Shown here one piece after another: positions 35,151 through 48,832 of a stretch of DNA of 60,000 bases (position 1 is the stretch's first letter; every line of letters starts with the position of its first letter). A program made the translations under genes and the position numbers. This stretch comes from Squalus acanthias. Its lineage: Eukaryota. The notes beneath the pieces were generated by a model. The model did no database searches and had not been told where the DNA came from. It worked only from the letters and a program-made list of their open reading frames with translations. The stretch is from contig CM059432.1 in assembly GCA_030390025.1 (NCBI GenBank), positions 130,822,001-130,882,000 of the forward strand, given 5' to 3'.

Positions 35151-35429
35151 TCTTCTTTCTACCTGGATAAATTACTGCATTGGCTGAAGCCTGGGAGCAA
35201 ATTGCCAGTCCAGAGCAGTCTTCATAAAAGAGAGACTATAGACAAATGGTAATTTTAGCTCAGGAATAGCATATGTGGACATCAGTAAGGTATGTATAAT
35301 GAAGAAACTCATGGGGTTATATAAAGGACAGCTGGATCAGACAACGTACACTCTAGAACTTTAAGAAAAATGTTAAGGATTTGATCAATATTTTAGGAGA
35401 TTAGAAGCTCTACTTGATGACTGATACTG

Positions 35430-35710
35430 AAATGTTCAATAGTAATTTACAGGATGCCTGCAGTATTTATCTACAAAGCACAAAGAACACAAGGGATAAT
35501 CAGCATAGATTTAGAAACAACAAGCCATGTCTTACAAACCTACTGAAATTCTTTGAAAAGATAACTGAATTGTTTGACAAGATCAATCCAGTGAATATAA
35601 TCCAGGTGGATTTTGTGAAGGCATTTAATGATGCTTCACATAAAAGGCTCACAGAGATTTATGCTCATTGACATAATGGTAAATTGAACTAATTAGTTGG
35701 AAAGCTTGGC
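35430..35710 (+). pseudogene. Old CR1 RT fragment
   Basis: NQHRFRNNKPCLTNLLKFFE...VDFVKAFNDASHKRL corresponds to QHGFMKGKSCLTNLLEFFE...LDFQKAFDKVPHKRL. Confidence 0.8.
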
Positions 35711-37838
35711 AAAAGGAAGCAGCTGGTAAAAACGCTGAGAATAGACAGCTGTAACTGTTTTCTACAAGAATCTTTTCGAAGTCACTTACTGTGCATGCTA
35801 TTAATAAATGATAGGGGGGATAATAATTGTTCCATTACTACAAAATTCTGGAATTCCCTATCTAACCCCATCCCAGAGACATGAGCATCCTGTCATTTAG
35901 AACAGTTTTCGGGCACTGCTCAACCGAGAGACCTGAAATTGGGCCTCGGACATTCTTAACATTTTATGCATGAGCTGCCGGTGTCTGTTGTGTCTGCACA
36001 GGAAGCCCGCACATTGAAGATGCTCCTCCTGGCTCCACAGGCAGGTTTATTAAAAGATTTAAATTTAAGAAAACGTGCCTTTCGTTGGATGTCGCATAGA
36101 CGCCTGGAAAACCTGAGCAAAGCAGGCCCGTGCCTGCTCCACTCAGGCTAGCCCAATTTGGCACAGGGGTCCTTCAACAGGTGTCAGGCCCCCTATCAAC
36201 ATATGCAAGGAGCCTAACGCCTGTTTTAGGTGGCCGCCAAGGACACCTAACAAATGGATCCGAAGGATTTGTTAGTGGCCCAAACGCCCGTGTAGATTGG
36301 GAGCCCACTGCTTCATTTGTCAGTGTTGCACCCGTGTACACCCAAAATACGGGCTCAACGCATACCAATTTCTCTTTCTTCTATGCAATTACTGCCGTTC
36401 TCCTGCTTTGCTCACTTAGTTGTGCTCTCCTGATTCACTTCTCACTCTCTTGTTTCCTTATTCACTCTCTCACTCTCATTTGCTTTCTGCTCTTTTGAAA
36501 CAAATTTAATTCTCGCAAAGTCAATCCTGCTACACAAATACTCAGTGAGGATAATCTTCCCCTTCACCCTCAGTGTGCAACCTGTGAGCTGTTTGCAAAT
36601 TAAGTTTCATGCATATAGCACCATGAGAGTGAGAGAAAAAAATGCTTACAAATATCAGTAGTAGTTTTAATTATCCCACAGGGCCCGAAATGGTCAATAT
36701 ACTTGTGAGAATAATTAACTTTTATGTTCATCAAAGTCAGTGTTGGAGTACAGAACAATTTTTGATAAATCAGATGTAGTACAGGTTAGATACAGTGTGA
36801 AGTTTCCACAATATTCCCCGAAAGAATGTCCCTTAGTCCCAATCTCAGATGTATACTCTTTCCTGCCCTCTTTTCATTTTCTACACTACCTATACGAGTG
36901 AGAATTCTATAATAATAGTTGCCAAATTGTTGATATTCTTGTGCCCACCAAGGACTAGATTGAGATTGACCTTCATGCTATCAATCTAGACAGGCTCAAA
37001 AACCAGAGGTGTACAAACAGTGTATAATCCCAATATGCCACTCAGTCCAAATATGTATTTAAAAAATAATTTTTTGGTCCATCTGTACCACAAAACTCTC
37101 TGGATGGGGTGTTAGAGCGAGCAGGTGGCCTACTTTTAGGCTCCTACTAATTTCCTTGTTGAGTTAGTTACCAGGAGCTGTTTGAGAAGAGGCCAAGTGA
37201 TGCGTTCATACTGTTATTTATCTCCTTCATTGTGTTGGGAGCTCAGCATCTCTTAATTGGATTGAAAGATTCATAGTTAGTGGTCTTGTGGTGCGCCACA
37301 TAATGTACCAGCACATTATGTAAAGAAGTTGTAGGATGTAAGTCTAGGCTGCATCTATTATTTTTTACTTGGTGAGTTCTCACTCTCAGTCAGCCCATCT
37401 GAGCAAAGTGCTTCTCCACAGGAAGGGAAAACAAATCAGATGGTGAGTCACCCCATGCATGCTCATTATACTAACACTTCTGTTTATCTGTCCTTTTTCA
37501 TATTAAAACATCTCAAAGTGTCCTACAAATGAATTACTTGCTGAAGTTCAGTGGCTGATGTTATGAAGGCAAATGCAACAATCAATTCTGCGCTAGCAAC
37601 ATCCCATTAACAACATCAAAATGAACGACCGGTAATATGTGTTTCGCTGGTACTGAGGGAGGAATGTTCACCAGGACTCCCTGCTGTTCTTTGAATACGA
37701 GCACGAGATTTTTAACATCTACCTGAACCATTGGAACAGACAGATGGGACTTCAGTTTAACATCTCATCTAAGGGACTGTAACTCAGACAATTGCTTTAT
37801 TGCAAGCTTTGGACTTGGACCTGAATATTGTAAATATA

Positions 37839-38900
37839 GGCCTCGAAATTCGATCACATCGCGCCCGTTTTTCAAGCGCTAAGCGATGCATAAGCCAATA
37901 TGGTGGGTAGGAAGCAGCACTCATTTCGAAGATGACACCATGCCTGCTCCACTGCTACCCACTCCGCCAGTGCTGTTGTTACTGCCACACAGCCAGCTGC
38001 GAGCCAGACTGCCCCAGCCCACGCTGAGATGCTGCAGTCTGGAGCCGGGCCCTCAAGGCCCAGAGTTGCTCGGAGTGGCCCACCAGGGCCATCTGAAGTG
38101 TCCTCAATGGAAGCTCAGCAGCCGTCCACCTCCTAGCATCTGGGGAAACACTTCATAGCAACACTAGGATAGGGAAAGAAGCTCGCAAGACAGGCACTAT
38201 GGACTTGTACAAGGGTGATTCATAATTATTTCTGTTAACTGTTAGATAGAGATTTAATTGAGTTGTCTGATAAATTTGTTTTTGTTCTGGATTTGGTATT
38301 GATGTTTATCTTTGTAGGAAAGTGAAAGAAAGACCCAAAACGACTGGGGTGAAGGAAGGTAATCAGATGTTGGTAGTTAGAAAGGTGGTGATATAGATTC
38401 CAGGACTGTTGGTGTATTGGGGATGGGATGGATGATTTAGGTGAAGCTGCTCTCTGAGAGCTCTGGCAGCTTGCGGCAGTAGTAGTCAATGCCGCTCCTG
38501 CTCCCCTTCCTCCACCCGCTTCCCCAGCTCCTGTTACACTTCTCGTTGCCCAGGTGATGGTGAGGGCTGGCCCTTCATGATCACAATGTTGTGGAGCATG
38601 CAGCAGATGACCACAAATCTAGATACCCGCTCAGGGGTGCACTGCAAAGCCCCTCCAGAACGATCCAGGCAGCGGAAGCGTAGCTTGAGTACACTGATTG
38701 TTTGCTTGATCAAATTTCTGGTGGCAGCTTGGAGCTCGTTGTTAGGCCTGTTCTGCAGCTGTGCCCGTGTTCCTGACAGGAGTCATGAGCCATGAGCAGG
38801 AATGTGCTCCTGATGCCAGCGAAGAAGCCCAATCCAATATGATGGATGGATTAGGAGGCCATTTAGCACCCGAAGCAGACACCCATTGAGCCACTGGGTT
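37839..38900. pseudogene. Internally deleted Harbinger remnant (Myb 3' end on +, transposase C-terminus on -)
   Basis: Left end GGCCTCGAAATT. The minus strand at ~38575-38740 encodes ATRNLIKQTISVLKLRFRCLDRSGGALQCTPERVSRFVVICCMLHNIVI. Confidence 0.85.
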
Positions 38901-40929
38901 ACTTGCATTATTTCACAAATACCAACTGCAATGGGTTTTGACGTAAGAAAACTACTAGGCACTTGGTCTAAGCGTTAAACAAAGCTTTAATCAACTGTTT
39001 TTCAACATGGAGATCTAGTTGTGTCCTTTACTAGTTCCTGTTGAGGAATGTCCTAAGCAAGCTGGGCCCATGCCCGAGTAGTTATACTCTCCCTGGACAG
39101 CGCCATCAGCAGGCCGCCCAGTATTACTTCATGCACGAATGACAAGATTCATGTCAGGTTTACTATTTTTAATTAACTTTCATAAATCAACAAATTACCT
39201 AATAGCTTTGCAATTGCCTAAACCTTTTAGGATCTCATTTCCAACTGATGGTAAAGTCTCCACCAATTTCAACAGGCAGAAAATTGGACATTTGGAGAAA
39301 AACACTTTCTGCACCAGTCTTAATTTTCTGGTCTGTGTTTACTTGGACTCTCTGTGACCATGATTCTGGTCACCCCTCCTAAATTTCCTTCTTTGGCTTG
39401 GCATCCATTTTCCTTGCACCTTGGAACAACTTTCTGCTTTAAAGCTGCTATTTAAATGCAAGCTGTTGTTGGATGGAAAATGTTAACACACAGTGTCTAA
39501 AACAAACAATTTAGCCATTTATTATGTGTCATAGACTAAACGTAGTGAAGGTCTGATTATTCAATATGTCTCTAGGTTGGTGGCAGTTCTCATGACAGTA
39601 AATGTAATTTTAGGCACTTTGCTAAGTTTTTTTTCTCGCAATAATTGACCATTTGCCATCCAGTTCAGCTGCTTTACAAGTAATTTTACATCCAGAAATT
39701 CTCTGAACGTTCAAAGTGAATATGAATACTTTGGTTTCCAATGTTTACCTTGTTTCAAAGTAATTTTCTACTGTTTATCACCTGATCACACTCCAACTAA
39801 TGATAGTGATATTCCTGGCTAATTCTTTCCCCCTGTCATCAGGCACTGAGCACAAATGTAGCACAAGCCCGCCACCACCCCCCCACCACCCGCCCCCATG
39901 ACTGCACAAGTGGAGATCTGTTAACTCAGCACACAGCTGCAGTGTGGTTTTATCAAAAAGTTGTGTGAAAAATACTGTTTAGATTTTTTTTCCTCTCAAA
40001 AGGTTTCTGACCTTGCCCAAAATAGATTCCGCACGCCTGCAGCAAAATTATAAGTATGTTCCTTACAAAGTTTTTCCTCGATTTTGTTGCATATAACATA
40101 CAAAGAAACATTTCCCTTGCTTTGTATATAGGGGCATGCACTACATAATTAGCCATGATGTTACTGCCGGACTCAGAATATCTTATAATCTGTAAACTTT
40201 AATTTAAACTTAACATAAACCAAAAATTCCAGCTGCACCATAATCTTAGAACAGTGGTTGGCACGATGGGGAATTTTTGGCGCAGGCTGTATTAGCTGTT
40301 TCAGGAACTTTGCTTGCCTGAGAACTCCCCAAAATGGTAAAGCAATCTTTTACTGGTAATAAAGCTGAAATGATTTGTATGCAGTTTGCAGCGTATTTGA
40401 TTTGCGGTGCAATTCAGCAGATGACACTTGTTGAATTACCTTATTCCCAGCTCTAGAGCCCTCAACAAAATAACTATCAATCCCCACCATTTGATATTTA
40501 TTGGATTAAGAATTTTCTTCTGTAGCCATTTAGCACAAAAATGGAAATCACAGATGTATTTTGGCAAATAAAATGTTGTCATATCTAATTTGCACAGGGG
40601 TATATAATATTGCTGTGTGATATAAAGTGATTAATGACCTGTGTAGGTTTTAGGACTTGAGTGATTGCCTGAGATTCCAGTTTGACTTGGTCAATAGCCT
40701 TTATGCAGCAAACCCTGTTCTTGTTTGTGGATCACATTTTGTAATCATGAGACCTGTCACATCCTTGTTCAAGAACTTTAGTACTCTTACACATCCAGTT
40801 TTTGTTCCTTTTTCGATTCTGATTTTTTTTTTAAAGTTTACTAAATTGAGGAGGAATTATGTGTTGCTATATGTTGCTTCTCGTGCAATTCTTACAGACG
40901 GAAGTGATGACGGCATCATTAGAGTCATA

Positions 40930-41719
40930 GGGCTGGATTTTGCCAATGGGAGGCGGGACTCCCACTTGTTGGCCAACTTCTGGCCAACCCACGCTATTTT
41001 CCCTTGATTGACCTTGTTAAGCCCGCCCAGCGGGCTTAGCAGGCCAATTAAGGGAAAGCCAGTTACAGAGAATGTTTTTTGACAGAGGATTTGTCATCGT
41101 TTGACAGCTCTGTGAAGCTGTCAAACACTGACATTCTCTGTAGTTTGATGAGTTCTTGAATTCAAGACTCATCAAACCTCCTTATTTAGCAGAAATTAGA
41201 TGGTTCCTGCATTGGAGAATGCAGCAGCCATCTGTCATCTCTGCCGTGGAGGTGCAAGACTCTCTGCATACCCAACTCTTGAAGCCTACAGGAAGAAACA
41301 AAGGTAAGTAAACTTTTACTAACACTTTCCACTTACCTCACATACTCATCTCTCCACACTTGCACCCATCACTTACCTTCACAGCGCACTCTTGCACCCC
41401 GCAGACCCCCGCAGACCCACTGCTCACCTCGGTGACCCTGGCGGGGTTCGCAGCCTTCGGGAAGCCCGCACTTGTGTGGGTAAAATGGGGATAATCCTCT
41501 TATCTGCCTGTTAACTACCTGTTAACAGGCAGATAAGTGGCACTAATCCCCTTCCCGCCTCCAACGGGATGGGACCCGGCGTGGGTTGGCAACCCGCCTC
41601 TTGGCAAGACGGCATGGAGGCAGGTTGGGGGCGGGATGGGTACCCGCCCCCAGATTCTGACATTTTCCCGGCAGTCCCGCCTCCATACCCGCCTCCCCAG
41701 GGCTGGCAAGATCGCGCCC
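40930..41719 (+). mobile_element. Hairpin-rich MITE, copy B
   Basis: GGGCTGGATTTT...AAGATCGCGCCC, collinear with 16565-17400 and inserted in the AGAGTCAT tail repeat of a CR1. Confidence 0.88.
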
Positions 41720-42620
41720 TCAGAGTCATACGGCACAGAAGGAGGCCATTCAGCCTATTGAGTCCGTGCCAGCTCTCTGTAGAGCAATCCAGTCAGTCCC
41801 ACTCCCCCGCTCTATCCCCGTAGCCATGCAAGTTTATTTCCATCAAGTGCCTATCCAGTCTCCCCTTGAAAACACTTCTGTCGGCAGCAAATTCCAGGTC
41901 CTCACCACTTGCTGCGTAAAAAACTTTTCCTCACATCCCCCCTGTATCTCTTGCCCAAAACCTTAAATCTGTGTTCCCATAGTCCTTGTACCATCAACTA
42001 GTTTCCCCGTCTAGCCTATCAAAACCCGTCATAATCTTGTACACCTCTATCAAATCACCCCTCAACCTCCTTTGCTCTAATGAAAACAAATCCAGCTTCT
42101 CCAACCTGTCCTTGTAGCCAAGATTCCCCCATCCCCGGAACCATTCTGGTAAATCTCCTCTGCACTCTCTCAAGGGCCTTCACATCCTTCCTAAAGTGTG
42201 GTGACCAGAACTGGACGCAATACTCCAGTTGTGGCCTAACCAGTGCTTTATAAAGGTTCAGCATAACTTCTCTACTTTTGTACTCAATACCTCTATTTAT
42301 GAAGCCCAAGATCCCATACCACTCTCTCAATATGTCCTACCACCTTCAGGGACCTATGCACATTAACCCCCAGGTCCCTCTGTCCCTGCACACTCTTTAA
42401 TATTGTGCCATTAAGAGTATATTGCTTCTCCCTGTTCCTTCTGTCAAAATGCATCACCTCACACTTCTCTGTATTAAATTCCATCTGTCACTTGTCTGCC
42501 CATTCTGCTAGCCTTTCTATGTCCTGTTGCAGTCGATTGGTATCATCATCACTGTTTGCCACACCCCCAAGTTTGGTGTCATCGGCAAATTTAGAAATTC
42601 TACACTGTATTCCATTTATA
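41720..42620 (-). mobile_element. CR1 LINE 3' fragment
   Basis: Peptides ISKFADDTKLGG, MEFNTEKCEVMHF and LYKALVRPQLEYCVQFWSP. Confidence 0.92.
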
Positions 42621-42924
42621 TATATCATAAAAAGCAGCCTTATATTACATTGCCTTTGAATGTTCGCAGTTACCTTTGAATGCTGTGTCACCATCAAACT
42701 ACCATATTTCTATTGTAAACAGCCTGATGTGAATGCTCCAAATTACCTAGTCTTTGAGGTGGTTGAGTGTCTTGTACCAATGTGAGCGTTACGCTTGTGA
42801 GGCCCTGTGTAGTAGTGGGGCCTTGCACACAGCCAGTGCATGTCAGAACATTTTAGGCAACAGTTCACTTTGATTCATCTACCTTCCCATATAAAATGGG
42901 TGCACAGGGTTGCTGGGAACAGTA

Positions 42925-43993
42925 TCGATTAGAAAGGTAGATTTGAAAAAGCCCAATAGGAAGTTTGGTGGAATCATTTAGACTATTTTTGCAAGTCCTT
43001 ATTTTTTTCCTGGTTCCGCTTAAGTGTTTACGAATCCCTGTTGCAATTGTTGAGGCACTGCTATTTTTCACCCAAGACCCACAACAATAGAACAGTCGAA
43101 TTTTCCATGGGAATTTCCCTGCAATTCTGCTTTTTAGAGGAAGAGGAGGACCAATGGAGAGATGCCAGGGAGGTCAGGCGGCACCAGTGGTACCCTGCAC
43201 CCAACCACCAATATTGTCATGCCCTCACCTATAGACAGAGGTGCACATATTGCAATGTACCAGAGGAACAATGCCTGTGGAGGCTACAATTCACAAGGGA
43301 AAACATGACAGAGTTGTGCCACATGTTCCAAGATGACCTGAAGGCAAACTCCTCCACTGGCACGGCACTGCTTGTGATCATCAAAATCACAACAGCCCTT
43401 AAAGCAAGTGGGTTGTTTATTGCTGATGCTGCTGATGTCTCCTGTGGCAGCTTGGCATAGTCCTGAAGCATAGACTTTAAGGGAGTTGTGATTTTGGCGA
43501 CCACTACCAGTGCCGTGCCAGTGGAGCAGTTTGTCTGTAGGTCATCTTGGAGCATGTGGCACAACTCTGTCATAGCATCCCTTGTTAATTGTGACCTCCA
43601 CAGGCACTGTTCCTCGAATACATTGAGATATGTGCACCTCTGTCTATAGATGTGGGTGTGACGATAGTGGTGGGTGGGTTCAGAGTACCTCTGGTACAGA
43701 CAACAGAGGGGAGATAGAATTAGAAACACAAAGGGCGTTTCTAACAATTTTAATCTGCAGTTTTTTTTAAAATAACAATGTACTGTCTCTCTCCACTATT
43801 TAACATTGAAGTAAGTTTAAAAAGAAAAAAAGACTTGCATTTATGTATCGCCTTTCACGATCACTGAATGTCCCAAAGTGCTTTACATCCAGTCACTGTT
43901 GTAATGTTGGAAAAAATAAGGACTTGCAAAATTAGTCTCCAAAAGATTCCACCAATCCTCCTATTGGCCTTTTTAACATCTGCTTACTAGAAC
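42925..43993. repeat. Diverged inverted duplication of a Harbinger transposase 5' region
   Basis: YRQRCTYCNVPEEQCLWRLQFTRENMTELCHMFQDDL (+) mirrors YRQRCTYLNVFEEQCLWRSQLTRDAMTELCHMLQDDL (-). The outer blocks ~42925-43008 and ~43911-43993 are also reverse-complementary. Confidence 0.88.
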
Positions 43994-44119
43994 AGTGACT
44001 GGTACAGTTGGACAAGCACTGTTTAAAATTAGAGTTTGGATTAAGTTTCCATTAAGTGGAGATATGACAAAGCAGCTGTTCCCTCAATCACAGGCAGGAA
44101 CAAATACGCAACTTACATT

Positions 44120-44950
44120 TATAACAACAACAAGTGCCTTTAACGTAGTAAAACATCCCAAGGTGTTTCACAGGAGTGTTATAAAACAAAATTTGACACA
44201 GAGCCACATAAGGAGAAATTAGGGCAGATGACCAAAAGCTTGGCCAAAGAGATAGGTTTTAAGGAGCGTCTTAAAGGAGGAAAGAGAGGTAGAGAGGCGG
44301 AGAAGTTTAGGGAGAGAATTCCAGAGCTTAGGGTCTTGGCAGCTGAAGGCACGGCTACCAAAGGTTGAGCGATTAAATCAGGGATGCTCAAGAGGCCAGA
44401 ATTAGAGGAGTGCAGATATGTCGGGAGGTTGTGGAGCTGGAGGAGATTACAGAGATAGGGAGGAGTGAGGCCATGGAGGGATTTGAAAACAAGGATGAGA
44501 ATTTTGAAATCGAGGCGTTGCTTAACCGAGAGCCAATGTAGATCAGCGAGCACAGGCTTGATGGATGAACGGGACTTGGTTCGAGTTAGGACATGGGCAG
44601 CAGGGTTTTGGATGACCTCAAGTTTACAGAGGGTAGAACGTGGGAGGTCAGCTAGGAGTGTGTTGGAATAGTCAAGTCTAGAGGTAACAAAGGATTGGAT
44701 GAGGGTTTCAGCAGCAGATGAGCTGAGGCAAGGGCGGAGACGGGCGATGTTACGGAGGTGGAAATAGGCGGTCTTAGTTATGGCGCGGATATGTGGTCGG
44801 TAGCTCATTTCAGGGTCAAATGTGACACCAAGGTTGCGAACAGTCTGGTTTAGCCTCAGACTGATGCTAAGGAGAGGGATGGAGTCAGTGGCTAGGGAAT
44901 GGAGTTTGTGGAGGGGACCAAAGTCAATGGCTTCGGTCTTCCCAATATTA
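44120..44950 (-). mobile_element. L2 LINE 3' fragment
   Basis: ORF 44179-44808: TAYFHLRNIARLRP...FVTSRLDYSN...LHWLSVKQRLDFKIL. Confidence 0.92.
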
Positions 44951-47167
44951 TAGCGTCCTCAACGTAGAAAAACATCCCAAGACAGTATGAGAGGCAGAAC
45001 ATCGATGCTTTAAACCAACAACAACCGGCATTTATATAGCACCTGTAACGTAGCAAAACATCCCAAGGTGCTTAAAACATACTGCTAATTAAAATGCAAT
45101 GTTTATGGTACAATGCTCCTGTCATTAGAAACAGCGATTCCTCTGACTTACCATGAATGATATCACGGGAGATCTGCTGGTAATATTATACAAATAGTAT
45201 AACTGCATGCATTCCCTGTCTATCACAACACACTTCCTTTGTCACACCTCCGTGTCACATTTTGGGCTTCACACTTATCTTATTCCTGCTCAATGCAGAT
45301 TTCTTCCAGCTGATTGGCACATAGGCAAATTTCTTAATTGATTCATTCATATGCAAATTTATAGGAAAGAGGTGAATCAATCAGATCATTCCAACTAATT
45401 TCTTTAGTTTTTGTCTGCCATTTTTCTTCTTCACTCAGGCGAGTGTATACTGCCAGACAAAAAAGAAAGAAAGACTTGCATTTATATAGCGCCTGTCATG
45501 ACCACTGGATGTCCCGAAGCGCTTTACAGCCAATGAAGTACTTTTTGAAGTGTAGTCACTGTTGTAATGTAGGAATCATAGAAACATAATGCAGAAAATA
45601 ACAATTATAGCATGATAATTACACAATTCTGGAAAAAAAAGTCCTGTATTCACCCATAAAAATGATTAATGGCAGAAAAAATGCCAGAAGTTTCCTTGGA
45701 AATGCTTTTCTCTCTGGAGCCAAGGACTTGCATCAGACATTTCACCAAGGACTGGACGTTGGAATTTCCAGCTGCTACGGATAAATTTAGTGGCCAAGAA
45801 ATTTGTTCATGTCTGAAAGCAGGCCTGCAGGGGACAGGGTACGCTGAGGGACCACGTGAAATTGGTGAGTCAAACGTGCAGCCATAGCTACCCGCACTAT
45901 TCAATGGCTGCATGCATATTTGGGGTGGGGAGCGGGGGGGACCGTAAACCAGGCTTCACTGACGCCACTTAAAGGCAGCCGACCCCTCTTAAAAGGGAGG
46001 TGTAGCCTGGCTGCAGACAGGAAGAAACACTTCTGATGAAAGAAATGGCTGCAAACTTGCAGATTCGGGCCCCCAGGTTCTCCAATGTCACATTAGAGGC
46101 CCTGGTCAGGTGGTGGACAGGAGGAGGGAGTTCCTGTTCCCTCTGGGGGCTGAAAGCCCTCCTGGCAACACCTCTGCCATCAGTGGGAAGAGATTGCAAA
46201 AGAGGTTAATGCCAAAAGTTTAACTCCAATGCAGAAAAAATTCAGTGACCTCACCAGAGTTGTCAAGGTAAGAATCCTAACTCTCAGCTCTCTTACTGTC
46301 TGCTCACACCTCTTCCGCTTGCAGCCTCATTACTCACAATAATCCGCTCTCCCGCATCCCTTCATCCCTCCTACAATCACTGCACCACATTTAACTCCAC
46401 CTCCTTCTCCTCACACTTCCACACTATGCACCTCCTACTCTCACCATTATTGCAACCCTCACATTCTCACACTGTACATCTTATACACCACAGGAAAAAC
46501 TATTCGACCATGATGGGAACATTTTCTAAACAACTCACAAGGATGTCACTAACTTACATGAATGTAACTAACCCATTTCCTTATTTCTTGCCGGAGAAGG
46601 TCTCGCACATATTGCAGCAGGAGACTGGGGCAGGAGGAGGCTGGGCCTGCCTGCATATTATCTTCCCTGTGGAAGAAAACATCCTGGCCATCATGGGCAG
46701 AGCGAGGAGTCATTGCCGAGGAAGTTGGCAATGCTGGAGGTGATGTCACAAAGGGTTTCTTCATACCTTAAATATTAGATTCAGATGGAATTGATGTTGT
46801 TGCATTCATTTTTTTTCTGGATTTGATATTAGTGTTAATATTTATAGTGAAGTGAGGGCAAGACCCATAAATCTGGACTGAAGGAAGGCAATTAGACGGT
46901 GTTAGTAAGGACGGTGGTGATATGGATTGCGGGACTGTTGGTGTATTGGAGGTAGGAGGGATGGTTCATGTGAATTGCTCTCGGATAAGCAGCTCTCTAA
47001 GAGTTCTGGGGATTGATGTTGCTCCAGCTCTTTCTCCTCTTCATGCTGCTCCTTATCCTCCTCCTCTCCTTCTTGCTGCCTATGTGCTAATATGCGCTGG
47101 TTGTCATCTTCCAAAATTCCATAGATTCTGAAACGGTTCCTGCAGATTGGAAGGTAGCAAATGTAAT

Positions 47168-47580
47168 ATAAGAACATAAGAATTAGGAGCTGCAGTCGGC
47201 CATTTGGCCCCTCGAGCCCGCTCTGCCATTCAACAAGATCATGGCTGATCTTCTACTTTCCTGCATTACCCCTATATCCCTTGATTCCCTTAATATTCAA
47301 AAATCTATCGATCTCTGTCTTGAATATATTCAACGACTGAGCCTCCACAGCCCTCTGGGGTAGAGAATTCCAAAGATTCAGAACCCTCTGAATGAAGAAA
47401 TTTCTCCTCATCTCAGTCCTAAATGGCCGACCCCTTATTCTGAGACTATGACCCCTGGTTCTAGACTCCCCAGCCAGGGGAAACATCCTCCCTGCATCTA
47501 CCCTGTCAAGCCCTCTAAGAATTTTGTATGTTTCAATGAGATCACCTCTCATTCTTCTAAACTCTAGAGAATATAGGCCT
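47168..47580 (-). mobile_element. CR1 3' fragment nested antisense inside the 47092 CR1
   Basis: ORF MRGDLIETYKIL...NLWNSLPQ on the minus strand. The host sequence rejoins as GCAAATGTAA|CACTATTTAAGAAAGG. Confidence 0.9.
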
Positions 47581-48687
47581 CACTATTTAAGAAAGGAGGA
47601 AGAGAGAAAACGGTGAACTACAGACCAGTTAGCCTGACAACAGTAGTAGGGAAAATGCTAGAATCTATTATTAAGGACGTGGTAACAGGGCACTTAGAAA
47701 ATAATAATAGGATTGGGCAGAGTCAACATGGATTTATGAAAGGGAAATCGTGTTTGACAAATCTGTTAGAGTTTTTTGAGGTTGTAACTAGCAGAATAGA
47801 TAAGGAGAAACCAGTGGATATAGTGTATTTAGAGTTTCAGAAGGCATTCGATAAGGTACCACACAAGAGGTTATTAAACAAAATTAGGGCTCATGGAATT
47901 GGGGGTAATAAACTAGCATGGATTGAGGATTGGTTAACGGACAGAAAACAGAGAGTAGGAATAAATGGGTCATTTTCGGGTTGGCAGGCTGTAACTAGTG
48001 AAGTACCACAAGGATCAGTGCTTGGGCCTCAAGCTAATTACAATCTATATCAATGATTTGGATGAGGGGACCAAATGTAATATATCCAAGTTTGCTGATG
48101 ATACAAAGCTATGTGGGAATGTAAGTTGTGAGGAGGATGCAACGAGGCTGCAAGGGGATGTAGACAGGTTAAGCGAGTAGGCAAGAACATGGCAAATGGA
48201 ATATAATGTGGAGAAATGTGAAGTTATCCACTTTGGTAGGAAAAATAGAAAAGCAGAGTATTTTTTAAATGGTGAGAGATTGGGAAATGTTGGTGTTCAG
48301 AGGGACCCGAGTGTCCTGGTACACAAATCACTGAAAGTTAATTTGCAGGTACAGCAAGCAATTAGGAAAGCAAATGGTATGTTGGCCTTTATTACAAGAG
48401 GATTTGAGTATAGGCGTAAGGACGTCTTCCTGCAATTATATAGGGCCCTGGTGAGACCACACCTAGAGTATTGTGTACAGTTTTGGTCTCCTTACCTAAG
48501 GAAGGATATACTTGCCATAAAGGGAGTGCAACGAAGGTTCACCAGACTGATTCCTGGGCTGGGGGGATTGTCCTATGAGGAGAGATTGAGTAGACTAGGC
48601 CTATATTCTCTAGAGTTTAGAAGAATGAGAGGTGATCTCATTGAAACATACAAAATTCTTACAGGGCTTGACAGGGTAGATGCAGGG

Positions 48688-48832
48688 TAGATCCAGTTCT
48701 GACGAAAGGTCTTCGACCTGAAACGTTAACTCTGTTTCTCTCTCCATGGATGCTGCCTGGCCTGCTGAGTTTTTCCAGCGTTTTCTGTTGTTATTTTGGA
48801 TTTCCAGCATCCGCAGTATTTTGCTATTGTAT
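48688..48832 (+). mobile_element. Short Penelope-like terminal (pLTR-type) insertion
   Basis: Flanked by the 11-bp duplication TAGATGCAGGG (48677-48687, 48833-48843) and homologous to the 3' end of the GIY-YIG element at 55631-55740. Confidence 0.85.
48695..48731 (+). ncRNA. Minimal type I hammerhead ribozyme motif
   Basis: AGTT-CTGACGA-A-AGGTC-TTC-GACCT-GAAA-CGTT-AACT: core boxes, 5-bp helix II, helix I AGUU/AACU and palindromic ACGU in place of helix III. Confidence 0.75.
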
